Origin: Candidatus Kaiserbacteria bacterium
GTDB taxonomy: Bacteria; Patescibacteriota; Minisyncoccia; Phycocordibacterales; UBA2100
Direction of reading: 5' to 3'
Length of the DNA stretch: 51,332 bases
Assembly (NCBI GenBank): GCA_016214605.1
Contig: JACROD010000018.1
Span: forward strand, 1 to 51,332
The position numbers were made by a program, and so were the translations under genes. Positions 18,907 to 28,777 of this stretch are shown here, piece after piece. Under the pieces are notes generated by a model, which saw only the letters and a program-made list of their open reading frames with translations, did not search any database and was not told the origin of the DNA. Within the stretch, counting starts at the first letter, position 1. Every line of letters starts with the position of its first letter.

Positions 18907-19896
18907 TCATGTGGTCACTTTGTCGGCCCGCACCATCATTTCGACGAGATCATGGAATGATGTCTGCGGTTTCCAATCGAGTATTTCTTTGGCATGTGAA
19001 ATATCCCCCCGACGGACATGCGTCTCGACAGGGCGATAAAAATCCGGATTCACCTCGACGACCACACGCCCCTGTGCGTCGAGAGCTTTTTCATCCACAT
19101 CCTCCCCTTGCCAATGGAGATCCATGCCGAGGCACCGTGCGGCGACCTGGACAAACTCGCGTACCGTATGTACTTCACCCGAAGCAAAGACATAAGTCCC
19201 TGGAGCATCATGCTGTAGGGACATCCACATACCCTCGACAATATCTCCTGCATAGCTCCAATCGCGCTCGGCGTCGAGATTACCGAGCTGGAGCACACCC
19301 GATCCGCTCTGTGCGATCGCGGCAAGCGTATGAGTGATCTTGCGTGTGACGAATCCAAGCGGCCGACGCGGAGATTCATGATTGAAAAGAATACCCGAGA
19401 CCGCAAAAGTGCCGTGACTGTTGCGATACATCTCGGTCATGTTGTGCGCGAAGAGTTTGGCTGCGCCGTAGGGATTCACCGGGGCGAAGCGCGTCTGCTC
19501 GCTCTGCGGACTCTCTGTCACACTGCCGTACATCTCGGCGGAAGATGCCTGGAAAAATCGCGTCTGGGGCGAAAATTGCCGAATCGATTCGAGAAAATAG
19601 AGCGGTGCCATACCTGCCACCTGTGCGACAGCGATCGGGTCTTCCCAGGGCTTCGCGACCGTCGCGATGGACGCCATGTTGTAGATCTCATCGGGCTTGT
19701 AGCGAGCGATCAAGTGCTCGACGAACGAGCGATCAGAGATATCGCCACGCTCGTATTCGACACCCTCAGTCGGAGCCGGCACATCCTGGATCGTCACCCC
19801 GATGAGATGATACTTCTTGTTCCGGAGCAATTCTGAAAGATACGAACCATCCTGTCCGGAAATCCCCGTAACGATCGCTGTTTTATTGCTGGACAT
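18907..19896 (-). CDS. gmd: GDP-mannose 4,6-dehydratase family paralog
   Basis: TGISGQDGSYL, QASSAEMYG, YGAAK, FNHESPRR, LGNLDAERDW. Confidence 0.85.
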   Translation of the reverse strand: MSSNKTAIVTGISGQDGSYLSELLRNKKYHLIGVTIQDVPAPTEGVEYERGDISDRSFVEHLIARYKPDEIYNMASIATVAKPWEDPIAVAQVAGMAPLYFLESIRQFSPQTRFFQASSAEMYGSVTESPQSEQTRFAPVNPYGAAKLFAHNMTEMYRNSHGTFAVSGILFNHESPRRPLGFVTRKITHTLAAIAQSGSGVLQLGNLDAERDWSYAGDIVEGMWMSLQHDAPGTYVFASGEVHTVREFVQVAARCLGMDLHWQGEDVDEKALDAQGRVVVEVNPDFYRPVETHVRRGDISHAKEILDWKPQTSFHDLVEMMVRADKVTT

Positions 19897-20926
19897 ATTC
19901 TTGGGTGCCTCCTATGAGACGCAGGTCGGCCTGCACCATCATCTCGACAAGTTCCTCGAATGATACCTCCGGCTTCCAACCAAGCTTGCGCTTGGCCTTG
20001 CTCGCGTCTCCTTGTAGCGCATCGACTTCGCGCGGGCGATAGAATTTTTTGTCGATGGATACGCGAATGGTGCCATGCTCGTCCTTGCCTACTTCTTTGA
20101 GACCCTTACCCTCCCAATGGATCGGCATGCCGATCACGGAGCCGACCGTCTCAATCAGCTGACGCACGGAGTGGGCCTCTCCTGTAGCGATCACGTACGT
20201 ATCGGCTTTTTTCTCCTGAAGCATCATCCACATCGCACGGACATAATCACCGGCAAATCCCCAATCGCGCTCAGCATCGAGATTCCCGACCGTGACGTGA
20301 TCCTGCATACCGTATTTCATCTTGGCAAAAGCGTGCGTGAGCTTGCGTGTGACGAAGTGCTTGCCGCGACGCGGTGACTCATGATTGAAAAGGATACCGG
20401 AAGCCGCGAAGTACCCCTGAGCGCGATACTCCTCGATGAGGTGATGTGCCTTGAGCTTTGCTTCGGCGTAAGGACTCACTGGAGCAAAGACGGTCTTTTC
20501 ACTTTGGGGCGGTGGGGTCGAGCCAAACATCTCACTCGTAGAGGCCTGATATATTCTTATTTTTTTGTTGTGCTTGTAGGCGACTGTGAGCAATCGCTCA
20601 ACGCCCATATAATTGATATCCCATGTCTCATCCGGACAAAGGAACGAAACGCCAACATGTGATTGCGCCGCGAGATTATAGATCTCGTGTGGATCGGATT
20701 CTTCGATCGCACGCTCGATCGTCGGTAGGTCACGCATGTTGCCATAGATCAGCTTGAGCGCCCCACTCACATGCAAATGCTCGATACGAGCAAAAGGATC
20801 CGTACTCGTACGGCGCATGAAGCCATATACCTCATAGCCTTTGTTGATCAAAAATTCGGCAAGATAGGAACCGTCCTGACCTGTGATACCGGTGATGAGC
20901 GCGCGCTTTTTCTTCATAAGAGTCAT
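19883..20926 (-). CDS. gmd: GDP-mannose 4,6-dehydratase
   Basis: TGITGQDGSYLAE, NLAAQSHV, QASTSEMFG, YAEAK, FNHESPRRG. Confidence 0.93.
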   Translation of the reverse strand: MTLMKKKRALITGITGQDGSYLAEFLINKGYEVYGFMRRTSTDPFARIEHLHVSGALKLIYGNMRDLPTIERAIEESDPHEIYNLAAQSHVGVSFLCPDETWDINYMGVERLLTVAYKHNKKIRIYQASTSEMFGSTPPPQSEKTVFAPVSPYAEAKLKAHHLIEEYRAQGYFAASGILFNHESPRRGKHFVTRKLTHAFAKMKYGMQDHVTVGNLDAERDWGFAGDYVRAMWMMLQEKKADTYVIATGEAHSVRQLIETVGSVIGMPIHWEGKGLKEVGKDEHGTIRVSIDKKFYRPREVDALQGDASKAKRKLGWKPEVSFEELVEMMVQADLRLIGGTQEYVQQ

Positions 20927-21018
20927 AGTTTATCACGACATTTCAGACATTTGAAGCAAAGAAAAACCGGACCCTGTCAAGGGGCCCGGCTATTATAATC
21001 ATCGATCCACCGTCTTGG

Positions 21019-21531
21019 TCAGACGTCCATTTGACCTGGGATCAGGAGCAGGTCGACACGCCGCCGATCCTTCCCGTGGACCTTGGACTCGTAGGCATAG
21101 AAGCGCCACTGACGCGTCTCGGTACTCCAGAAGAATTCAATGAAGAAATCTTGGAGAACGAGGCGGTAAACGGTGCCAGTACAGTCCATAGGACCGACTT
21201 TGCCGTCAAGCTGGAATTCGACGAGACCACGCAGTATGTAAACTGCACGAACGAGATCACACTGCGATTCAAGCGGTATCTCATCCTGCAACTGATCGTT
21301 GGTTGCCTGGCCCCCACCGACTTCCCACCCCAGGACATCGAGCGGCAGATCACGACGCCACGGAAGCTCGCGGTCCAGCGACTTGACGAGTTTAGCAAAA
21401 AGTTCGTTGCCCCATATGCCGGGACGCGGTTCAAAGAACTTGCCCATATTGATCATGCACTGCAGGGCCGGGATAGTGATTTTCTTCACGAGTCTCGTAC
21501 AGACAGACTTGATCCGAGTCGTCATGGTCAT
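21019..21531 (-). CDS. Hypothetical protein (solitary cassette)
   Basis: AAGGAG SD, TTGACT upstream, hairpin at 20962-20991 downstream. Confidence 0.6.
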   Translation of the reverse strand: MTMTTRIKSVCTRLVKKITIPALQCMINMGKFFEPRPGIWGNELFAKLVKSLDRELPWRRDLPLDVLGWEVGGGQATNDQLQDEIPLESQCDLVRAVYILRGLVEFQLDGKVGPMDCTGTVYRLVLQDFFIEFFWSTETRQWRFYAYESKVHGKDRRRVDLLLIPGQMDV

Positions 21532-21599
21532 CTCTCCTTGGTTACCTTCGCTACCCGCAAGCAACCATACTACAGGTACATCCACACAGTCAAGAATGG

Positions 21600-22838
21600 T
21601 CAGATGCCAATCTTGAGATACTTCCTCATTGCTTCTATGAGCATATGATCATTTGCTTCCCAAGTAAAAAGCTCGCGCGCAACCTGGATCGAATTTTGTG
21701 AGAGCTTGGTGCGCAAGTCCGGGTCGCGCAGGGCAAGCAATTTTTCAAAATACTCATCCTCGGAATCGGCTCCCATGTAGTGCACCCCGTCTTCGAAGGG
21801 ATAGCCGCCGAGATTGCATCGTGGCGTGATCAGCGAGATCCCGCGGCAGAGCGGCTCGTAGACCTTTTGTTGCATGCCGACATATTTTGGTGTCGGCGAG
21901 AGCGCGATATCCATGCGATCCATATATGCATCAAACTTGTCGGCATCGATATATCCCTCATTAATGAGGGTTGTGCCATCAAACCGCGAAAGGTACTTCG
22001 CCGGAATGCGCGCGCCCGAAATATGGAAGACAAATGCGCCTGGACACTCCCGGGCGGCCCTTTGTGCAAGTACTCCCGTAACAAGATCGAGTCCACGCTC
22101 ATTGTGTGCGACCGAGTAGGCCGATCCCATAAAGAAAACATGCAACGGCGACCCCCACCGGATCTCGTGATCATCTCGAATCAAGGGCGGCAGACCGCGA
22201 AGCGGCACTACCATGATCCGCTTCGCACCGATCCTGCGATACACACTCGCCTCATACGGAGACAGCGCGAGGATGAGCGTACTTTTCCAAATCGTGATGA
22301 TCTCGCTCAGAAGCTTGGGAATGTACTTGAGATAATTGACCAGACTGCGTCCATCCTCTTCGAGAAAATGCGTCGGTTCAAAATTGAGACTGCGCGTCAC
22401 GATGGGGACACCGCGCTTCTGTGCCATAGCATAAAGCGGCCAGAGATATGAATAGTCGAACCACGCGATGTCGGGTTTGAAGCTCTCGATCTGTTCGCGA
22501 TAGATGCGCTGTATCTCGGGCTCGGCGTATTCATAGGCCGCACCATCGAGGTAGAGCGGATTTTTGAGCTTGCCGAGATTGTTGAAAAACCATTCTTTGC
22601 GCGAGAAAGCACGCCGACTGTAACGATACGGTACGGTGATAAGCCGCACGCCAAGGCTCTCGGCCGCCCCCTTGAGGTATTCATGATCGGCATGCACCCC
22701 TACCTTGGTGATCACGGTCACCTCGTATCCGAGCCGCACGAGCTGGCGCATACCACCTGCGCGATCCGCCTGATCGCATCCTGTCTCCGGCATGGGAAAT
22801 ACCGGAGTCACGAGAAGTATCTTCTTTTTTGCTTCCAT
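21600..22838 (-). CDS. Glycosyltransferase family 4
   Basis: KKILLVTP start after a GAGG SD; GMQQKVYEPL GT-B motif. The upstream extension in the ORF track overlaps the neighbouring gene. Confidence 0.82.
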   Translation of the reverse strand: MEAKKKILLVTPVFPMPETGCDQADRAGGMRQLVRLGYEVTVITKVGVHADHEYLKGAAESLGVRLITVPYRYSRRAFSRKEWFFNNLGKLKNPLYLDGAAYEYAEPEIQRIYREQIESFKPDIAWFDYSYLWPLYAMAQKRGVPIVTRSLNFEPTHFLEEDGRSLVNYLKYIPKLLSEIITIWKSTLILALSPYEASVYRRIGAKRIMVVPLRGLPPLIRDDHEIRWGSPLHVFFMGSAYSVAHNERGLDLVTGVLAQRAARECPGAFVFHISGARIPAKYLSRFDGTTLINEGYIDADKFDAYMDRMDIALSPTPKYVGMQQKVYEPLCRGISLITPRCNLGGYPFEDGVHYMGADSEDEYFEKLLALRDPDLRTKLSQNSIQVARELFTWEANDHMLIEAMRKYLKIGI

Positions 22839-22863
22839 AACCTCACTAGTGTACAGGAAAAAA

Positions 22864-24579
22864 TTATGGCGTATATACGACGATATCTCCATCCTCGAAT
22901 ACCTTATGTAGTCCTTGTACCGTATCAATACGCCACTCGGGATGCGTCGCACGATCAGAGACCACATAATCGACGCGATATTGCGAAAGGATCTGCATGA
23001 AGGAATAGCTTTTCTGTGCCTGCCATTCTTGTATGAGCGATGCGATATCGGCCTCCGGATAACGCTCGACAGGAAGTGGTGAAAGACCGAACACGCGACG
23101 GAGCTTGTTGAGACTCCGCATATGCGCCGACATCTCGATGTAGTAATTGCCATAGACCTGTCGCTCCATCGAGAGGCCGTCGGTCATGATCTCGCGCGTG
23201 AGCGCAGGGTCGAAATAATGTGCGGCCAAGAACCGTGCGCGCATATCCGACTGCGGCATGATGTAGAGGCCGGCTGCTCCCGAAAAGAACACATTGTCAT
23301 GCGTGTATGCAGGCATGATATTGGAAAGCGTCTGATCTGTATACACCACATCATCTTTTTTTGTATACTCATTGAGCCAATGAAGCACCGGTGCATACCG
23401 TTGCGCTGCAATAAAGGCGGGCGTGGCAACGATCTGACGCTGCATGGTCTGGAGCGCACTTGCGAGCGAAAACGCGATAATAAATGAGAGGATGACCTGC
23501 TCGAGAAAATCCCGCCATGAGCCGACGCGTCGCAAGAGCGCCTGCACACAAAGCGCAATCGCGAAAAAGTCCGCGTACATCGATATGAGATGGTAGTGCG
23601 ACGAAAACTCGAGGTTGAGTCCGGTCACGATGTGCTGGTTGGTCACGATAGGACCGGCCAAGACACCCGCCGCAGCGACAAGCGAAACCGGCGTGAGCGG
23701 AAGAATGCGCGTACGCCACAGCACCCCCATGAGAAGAAGGGTTATCGCGCCCGCCGCGACGATAAATATCCCGGACGGTGAGTGCGTCGTGATCATGCCG
23801 ACGCGCGCGAGCGATTCTTGGTAATACGCCAGGGCGGCCGTTTCCCGCAGCATCAAAAAGTACGGGATGCCCAATACGAGACCGATACCAAACACCTTCG
23901 CGATCGTCTCGTGTATACGCTCCTGCCGCATCCATACGAATGATGCAGCACCCGCAAATCCTAAGAATACGAATGCATATGTCCAGTAATACGTGTAGAC
24001 GTAGAACAAAGAACCAAGCGAAAGCGCGGCCATGATCGTCCAGGAGCGCTTGCGCGTGATGATCGCTTGCAGAAACAGCGCGAGAAACGCGAGGTAAAAA
24101 ACAAAATTAAATTGCGGCGAAGGCGAACGGTTGAACACCTCAAGATAGAGTCCGATCGATGCAAACCCTGTGAGCGAAAGTGCAACGAGGTGTTCACGCG
24201 TATAGAGCATGAGGACCGCATATGTGAGCAGGACGATCACCCCCGGCAAGACGAAATCCCATGCCATGGCGCCGGTATGCACGTCGCGAAAGATACCGTA
24301 ACTCCCCCACGCAAGAATCGCGTCGGGGATCCATACTTGCAAACCCGGCTCATCCTTGTGTTCATAAAGATACGGATTGCCGAGGGTCACATGGCCGTCG
24401 ATCACGTCTTGCTGGCGCGTCATATAGTATCCCTCGTCAGGATTCATCTCCTGGCGAATACCGGCATACTGACCCCCGAGCGATCGATAAAGGATGACCT
24501 GCGGTGCAAGCGTGAAAACGCCCGCAAGCACTGCGACGAGCATCACACCTGCGTAGCGTCTGTAGAAATCAGACATCAT
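22864..24579 (-). CDS. Polytopic membrane protein, GT-C/GtrC-like
   Basis: Many hydrophobic helices, an early PDEGYY acidic motif, and a soluble C-terminal domain (WLNEYT…YRVDYVV). Confidence 0.65.
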   Translation of the reverse strand: MMSDFYRRYAGVMLVAVLAGVFTLAPQVILYRSLGGQYAGIRQEMNPDEGYYMTRQQDVIDGHVTLGNPYLYEHKDEPGLQVWIPDAILAWGSYGIFRDVHTGAMAWDFVLPGVIVLLTYAVLMLYTREHLVALSLTGFASIGLYLEVFNRSPSPQFNFVFYLAFLALFLQAIITRKRSWTIMAALSLGSLFYVYTYYWTYAFVFLGFAGAASFVWMRQERIHETIAKVFGIGLVLGIPYFLMLRETAALAYYQESLARVGMITTHSPSGIFIVAAGAITLLLMGVLWRTRILPLTPVSLVAAAGVLAGPIVTNQHIVTGLNLEFSSHYHLISMYADFFAIALCVQALLRRVGSWRDFLEQVILSFIIAFSLASALQTMQRQIVATPAFIAAQRYAPVLHWLNEYTKKDDVVYTDQTLSNIMPAYTHDNVFFSGAAGLYIMPQSDMRARFLAAHYFDPALTREIMTDGLSMERQVYGNYYIEMSAHMRSLNKLRRVFGLSPLPVERYPEADIASLIQEWQAQKSYSFMQILSQYRVDYVVSDRATHPEWRIDTVQGLHKVFEDGDIVVYTP

Positions 24580-26182
24580 GCACTTTGCGCGCGATCACAA
24601 ACATATTGTCGCGGAGATTGATCGGAAGCTTGATACGGCGGAAGAAGGCATTGTCGGTCATGCGCGCAAGGAGATCCCAGATCGCGAGGCCCTGCCAGCT
24701 CCAAAGCATCTTGAAGACGTACGGCACCGAAAAGGTCTTGCCCATGCGCGAGGATTCGACGAGCTCAAAGCCGGTCTGACCCAAGAGCATATTCATGTTG
24801 CGGCGCGCGTAGTAGTGCACGTGCTCGGGCGGTACGAGGAGCTGCCATTTGCCCTTGAGCATGCGGGCCCACACACTGCCGACATCCGGCGTATTGATCA
24901 CGAGCAGGCCGCCCTTGTGAAGCATCTGATTGGCGGCCTTGGCCAGTGCGCGCGGGTCGGGCACATGCTCGATCACATCCCACATAGTCACCACATCTAC
25001 TTTGGGCAGATTGATCATCGTCGTGATATCACCCAGGATCATGTTGTGCCCGCGCTCGGCGGCTTCTTTGGCCCCGTATGCGGAGATCTCACTTCCCTGC
25101 GTATTCCATGATCGGTCGCGTGCGACATCCAAGAAGTATCCGGTCGCGGCGCCGATGTCGAAGACCTTGCGGCCCTTGGTCTTTGCCTCTACCTTGGCGA
25201 GTGCCCATTCAAAGGCGCCGCGCATCGGCTCCTTGTCCTTGTCGTAGTCGGTGTAGCCGTGCGAATCCTTCTGATCGACATTGTGGAAATATTCCTCGCC
25301 GTAGATGGCTTCGAGATCAGACGGCATCGGGTAGACGAATACCAGATCGCAGTCCTTGCATTGGAAGAGCTGGTACCCGCGCTTCTTGCAGTAGTAACGG
25401 ATCTCGGGAGAACCGCAGACAGAGCACGAGAACGGCAATGTCGATGACGCATTGCCGAGCAGACGACGCCTACTGAAGCGGCGTAAGAAGAGACTGAACG
25501 GTACACGGAGACCTTCGCGCACAATATGGGAAGATATCTTCGACTCCCCTTCGCGGCGCGGCTTGAGCTGTATCGGGATCTCTTTGACCGAACCGCCCGC
25601 GTCATGAATCGCATGAAATTTAAGCTCCATCAAAAAGGCATAGCCAGATGCAGGCACATGATTGAGATCCATACGCTCGAGAAGTGCCTTCTGAAAACAG
25701 AGAAACCCTGCGGTCAGGTCTCGCACAGGGAGGCCGATAAGCGTGCGTGCATAAAAGTTGCCGCCGCGCGAAAGGATACGACGCCAGAGCACCCACTTGC
25801 CGACACTGCCGCCTTTGACATAGCGGGATCCCATGACGAGCTCGTATTTTTGGCTCTGTGAGAGCATCTCTTTGAGGTGCTTGGGGTCGTGTGTGCCGTC
25901 GGCATCCATGGTGATGACACGGTCGAATCCACCGAGCGCCAAGACATGCCGTATACCATGCTTGTACGCGGCCCCGAGGCCCTCTTTTTTCTCGCGACTG
26001 AGGAGCGAGAGATTGGGGTACTTCTTTATCATCTCGTGCACCGCTCTGCCGGTCTGATCCGGAGAATTGTCGTCGATGACGGTGATATGGAGGTCGGGAT
26101 AGGCAGCGAATATCTTGGGTATGATGTACCTGACATTCTCCCGCTCGTTGTAGGTCGGCATCAATATAACGGTTTTTGACAT
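24569..26182 (-). CDS. Polyprenol-phosphate mannose synthase (GT2) fused to Zn-ribbon + class I SAM methyltransferase
   Basis: PTYNEREN, IDDNSPDQT, MDADGTH, GSRY; then CSVC…CKDC, DIGAATG, WDVIEHV. Confidence 0.9.
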   Translation of the reverse strand: MSKTVILMPTYNERENVRYIIPKIFAAYPDLHITVIDDNSPDQTGRAVHEMIKKYPNLSLLSREKKEGLGAAYKHGIRHVLALGGFDRVITMDADGTHDPKHLKEMLSQSQKYELVMGSRYVKGGSVGKWVLWRRILSRGGNFYARTLIGLPVRDLTAGFLCFQKALLERMDLNHVPASGYAFLMELKFHAIHDAGGSVKEIPIQLKPRREGESKISSHIVREGLRVPFSLFLRRFSRRRLLGNASSTLPFSCSVCGSPEIRYYCKKRGYQLFQCKDCDLVFVYPMPSDLEAIYGEEYFHNVDQKDSHGYTDYDKDKEPMRGAFEWALAKVEAKTKGRKVFDIGAATGYFLDVARDRSWNTQGSEISAYGAKEAAERGHNMILGDITTMINLPKVDVVTMWDVIEHVPDPRALAKAANQMLHKGGLLVINTPDVGSVWARMLKGKWQLLVPPEHVHYYARRNMNMLLGQTGFELVESSRMGKTFSVPYVFKMLWSWQGLAIWDLLARMTDNAFFRRIKLPINLRDNMFVIARKVHDV

Positions 26183-26229
26183 GGAGGGATAGTACCGCAC
26201 CCGCACCAATGGGGCAAGAAAAACGGCCC

Positions 26230-26706
26230 CTATGCGATCGGCACTTGCGGATCACTCGGATTCGTGTCGTGGTCCTTGCTCGCCCGAAAGGTGATCGCCC
26301 GATTGGTGAGGAAGCTCAACCCCGCGACCACAACGACAATGGAGGATTCAGCGACCAGATACCAGATACGGAAGAAATCCACTTGCGCATTTTCGAGAAG
26401 CACCTTGGTGACCGAAAGTGAAAAGGTGTTGATGAAAAGAGACGCAAGCGCGATCATGGTGTACCAGAAAAACTGCCGCGGTACTTTGTGGTGGGCACCG
26501 TCGCGGAAGCTCCAGTATTTTTGGAGCGGAAACGTGATCGCGAGCGCGGTACAAAAACCGATGACGACGCCCCACAAGTACTGATCGTGCAAACCGAGTA
26601 CGCTCACCCACAGCCACAATGTAAAAACCTGGACGAACGCACCGAACACACCAATCATCCCGTATCGAATGAGAAGAAGATATTTCTCTGGGATCAGATC
26701 GGTCAT
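26230..26706 (-). CDS. GtrA-family flippase-like membrane protein
   Basis: 158 aa, four hydrophobic segments, LQKYWSFR motif. Confidence 0.85.
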   Translation of the reverse strand: MTDLIPEKYLLLIRYGMIGVFGAFVQVFTLWLWVSVLGLHDQYLWGVVIGFCTALAITFPLQKYWSFRDGAHHKVPRQFFWYTMIALASLFINTFSLSVTKVLLENAQVDFFRIWYLVAESSIVVVVAGLSFLTNRAITFRASKDHDTNPSDPQVPIA

Positions 26707-28709
26707 ACGCCGATCGCGCGGGCGCCGTTGCTACTCGGATAGATCGCCTGGAATATGTTGGGGATGATGACCGAGAGGGCGTGCTCGCGCTCGACATACG
26801 CGCGCAACGCAGCGCTCTCTCGTGAGCGCTCCTGAGGCGAGAGTTTCGTCGCTGCATGAATAGCCCGCGCAAACGCTTCGGGAGTCGCTTCATCGACGAA
26901 GAGGTCTTCACGCACCACCCGACGCATACTCGGCTCGGAGGTGACGACGATACAGCCTGCGGCCATCGCCTCAAAGAGCGATTTGTTGAATCCGGTGACC
27001 GACCCACCATGCACAAAGATATCGTGAGTCGCATATATCTGCGGCGTCTGTGCATGCGGCACACTTCCGCAAAATGAGATTAATCCCTGTTCTTCGAGCG
27101 GTTTGTATGTGGCGCGAAGCTCTGTCTCAAATGCACGATCGTCCGCTATCACCGGAGCACCGTAGATATCGAGATGAAGCCCGAGAGTGTGTTTGGCCGC
27201 ATGTACGACCGCATCAATGCTTGTATTGAGACGTTTCTCGCGCGCGATCCGCCCCGCAAACAGGAGCGACCCGGGCTTGGCGTCGCGAGTCGTTTGCACA
27301 TAGGGACCCGTAGCGATACCGGAAGCGATCCGCTGAGCGCGCGGCAAGCGCGCAGCCATAGCATGATCGTCGGTATAAAAAAGTACGTCAGCGAAGTATG
27401 CGGCAATATTCATTTTCCAGTGCGATTCTTTTGCATTTGAGATCATCGCGACCTTCTTGCCGAGCAAGCGCCAAAGCAGGCCGCCGAGGATCACGTATTC
27501 GGTATTGATATAGACGAGCACCGTATCGTACTCGCGTCGCTCGCGCCACGCATACCACCAAAAGCGCACCGTGTAGCGCGCACGCTTCCAGAGCTTGGGT
27601 CCGCGTAGCGTGTCTTTGCCGAGCGAAAATGCGCGGACATTGTCGGGCAGACCCGCGGCCTTGCCCTGCAGATACGCGAGCGACACATGCTTGGTGCGCC
27701 GTGCAAGCTCGTCGACCCACGCATGGAAGAATCCGAGCGTGGGATCGCTCACGTCGGCCGACTGTGCGCAGACGAGGAGGCGGATGTCCGCGACCGGGAT
27801 GCGCGATTCAGGCGGGCGAGGTGCAGGCACCTCGCCCGCAAGCACATCCGCTCCGTATACTCCCGCGAGCAGGTCGAGATCCTTGCCACTCCCACGCAAG
27901 AGAGCGATGTTCTTCTGCTCATTGGCATGCATGAGCGCGATACCTGCGGCATCATGCGGCAGAGTCTTTTCGTAGATCTCGCGCAGTGCCGCATAGTCTT
28001 TGATGAAGCAATGACCACCCGCGCCACGGCCGCTCTTGTGCACCGGCTGGGCGTAGCGATTGGGGATGAAGGGATCCGACAAGACCGCGCGATGCACGAC
28101 GCTCCAATCCTCGCCCATCGAGGTCGTCAGGTCGTACATCATGTTGAAAAACATGATCTGCGTGTATGCGCTCGCGTTGTGCGTGTATTTGATGATCTCG
28201 GCCTCGACACTCTTGCAAGTGATCGACGTAGGCGTCGAGGGTAGCACCTTGTGGACGAGTCCCGCGGCGGCGCGCTGCCGAGCGGAGTCCTGCGTCATAC
28301 CGATGATATTGAAAAAAGGATTGGCGGCGTCGTAAGCGGCTGTCGCTTCGCTCAAGAATTCGGGCGAGAAGAGTACGACCTGCTCGGGATGCTTTTGCTG
28401 AAATCCTACCGATGTACCCGGGAGCATCGTCGATTTGATCACCACAATCCTCCCCGCTCCCACGAGATTGATCGCACCATCCACGATCGAAGCATCGAAT
28501 CCTCCCTCAGGCGTGGTCGGTGTCGGTACCGCGATGAAGACGATGTCGCAGTCCTTGATGCGGTCTTTGTTGGCGCGGTAGGGCTCCTCGAGCGCATAGC
28601 GCACGGTCTGAAAGCCGCGGCGGTCGAAATCATCGGCATAGTTCTTGCCGATATATCCCTGTCCGATGAAGCCAATGAGGGGGTTTTGACCGGTCATAGT
28701 ATTTGGCAT
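26703..28709 (-). CDS. Ugd-like dehydrogenase fused to GT4 glycosyltransferase
   Basis: GFIGQGYIG…GAGGHCFIKD, a proline-rich linker, then GRIAREKR and NKSLFEAMAAG. Confidence 0.85.
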   Translation of the reverse strand: MPNTMTGQNPLIGFIGQGYIGKNYADDFDRRGFQTVRYALEEPYRANKDRIKDCDIVFIAVPTPTTPEGGFDASIVDGAINLVGAGRIVVIKSTMLPGTSVGFQQKHPEQVVLFSPEFLSEATAAYDAANPFFNIIGMTQDSARQRAAAGLVHKVLPSTPTSITCKSVEAEIIKYTHNASAYTQIMFFNMMYDLTTSMGEDWSVVHRAVLSDPFIPNRYAQPVHKSGRGAGGHCFIKDYAALREIYEKTLPHDAAGIALMHANEQKNIALLRGSGKDLDLLAGVYGADVLAGEVPAPRPPESRIPVADIRLLVCAQSADVSDPTLGFFHAWVDELARRTKHVSLAYLQGKAAGLPDNVRAFSLGKDTLRGPKLWKRARYTVRFWWYAWRERREYDTVLVYINTEYVILGGLLWRLLGKKVAMISNAKESHWKMNIAAYFADVLFYTDDHAMAARLPRAQRIASGIATGPYVQTTRDAKPGSLLFAGRIAREKRLNTSIDAVVHAAKHTLGLHLDIYGAPVIADDRAFETELRATYKPLEEQGLISFCGSVPHAQTPQIYATHDIFVHGGSVTGFNKSLFEAMAAGCIVVTSEPSMRRVVREDLFVDEATPEAFARAIHAATKLSPQERSRESAALRAYVEREHALSVIIPNIFQAIYPSSNGARAIGV

Positions 28710-28777
28710 TATGCCGTTTTTGGCACCATTGCGCAACGAATCGCCGAAAGAGCGGTCGTGTCTCTTTTTAATAGGGA

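Noticed and set aside
22839-23153. N-terminal extension of the GT4 in the ORF track
   Set aside because: Overlaps the upstream membrane gene; the SD and GT4 start motif point to ATG 22838.
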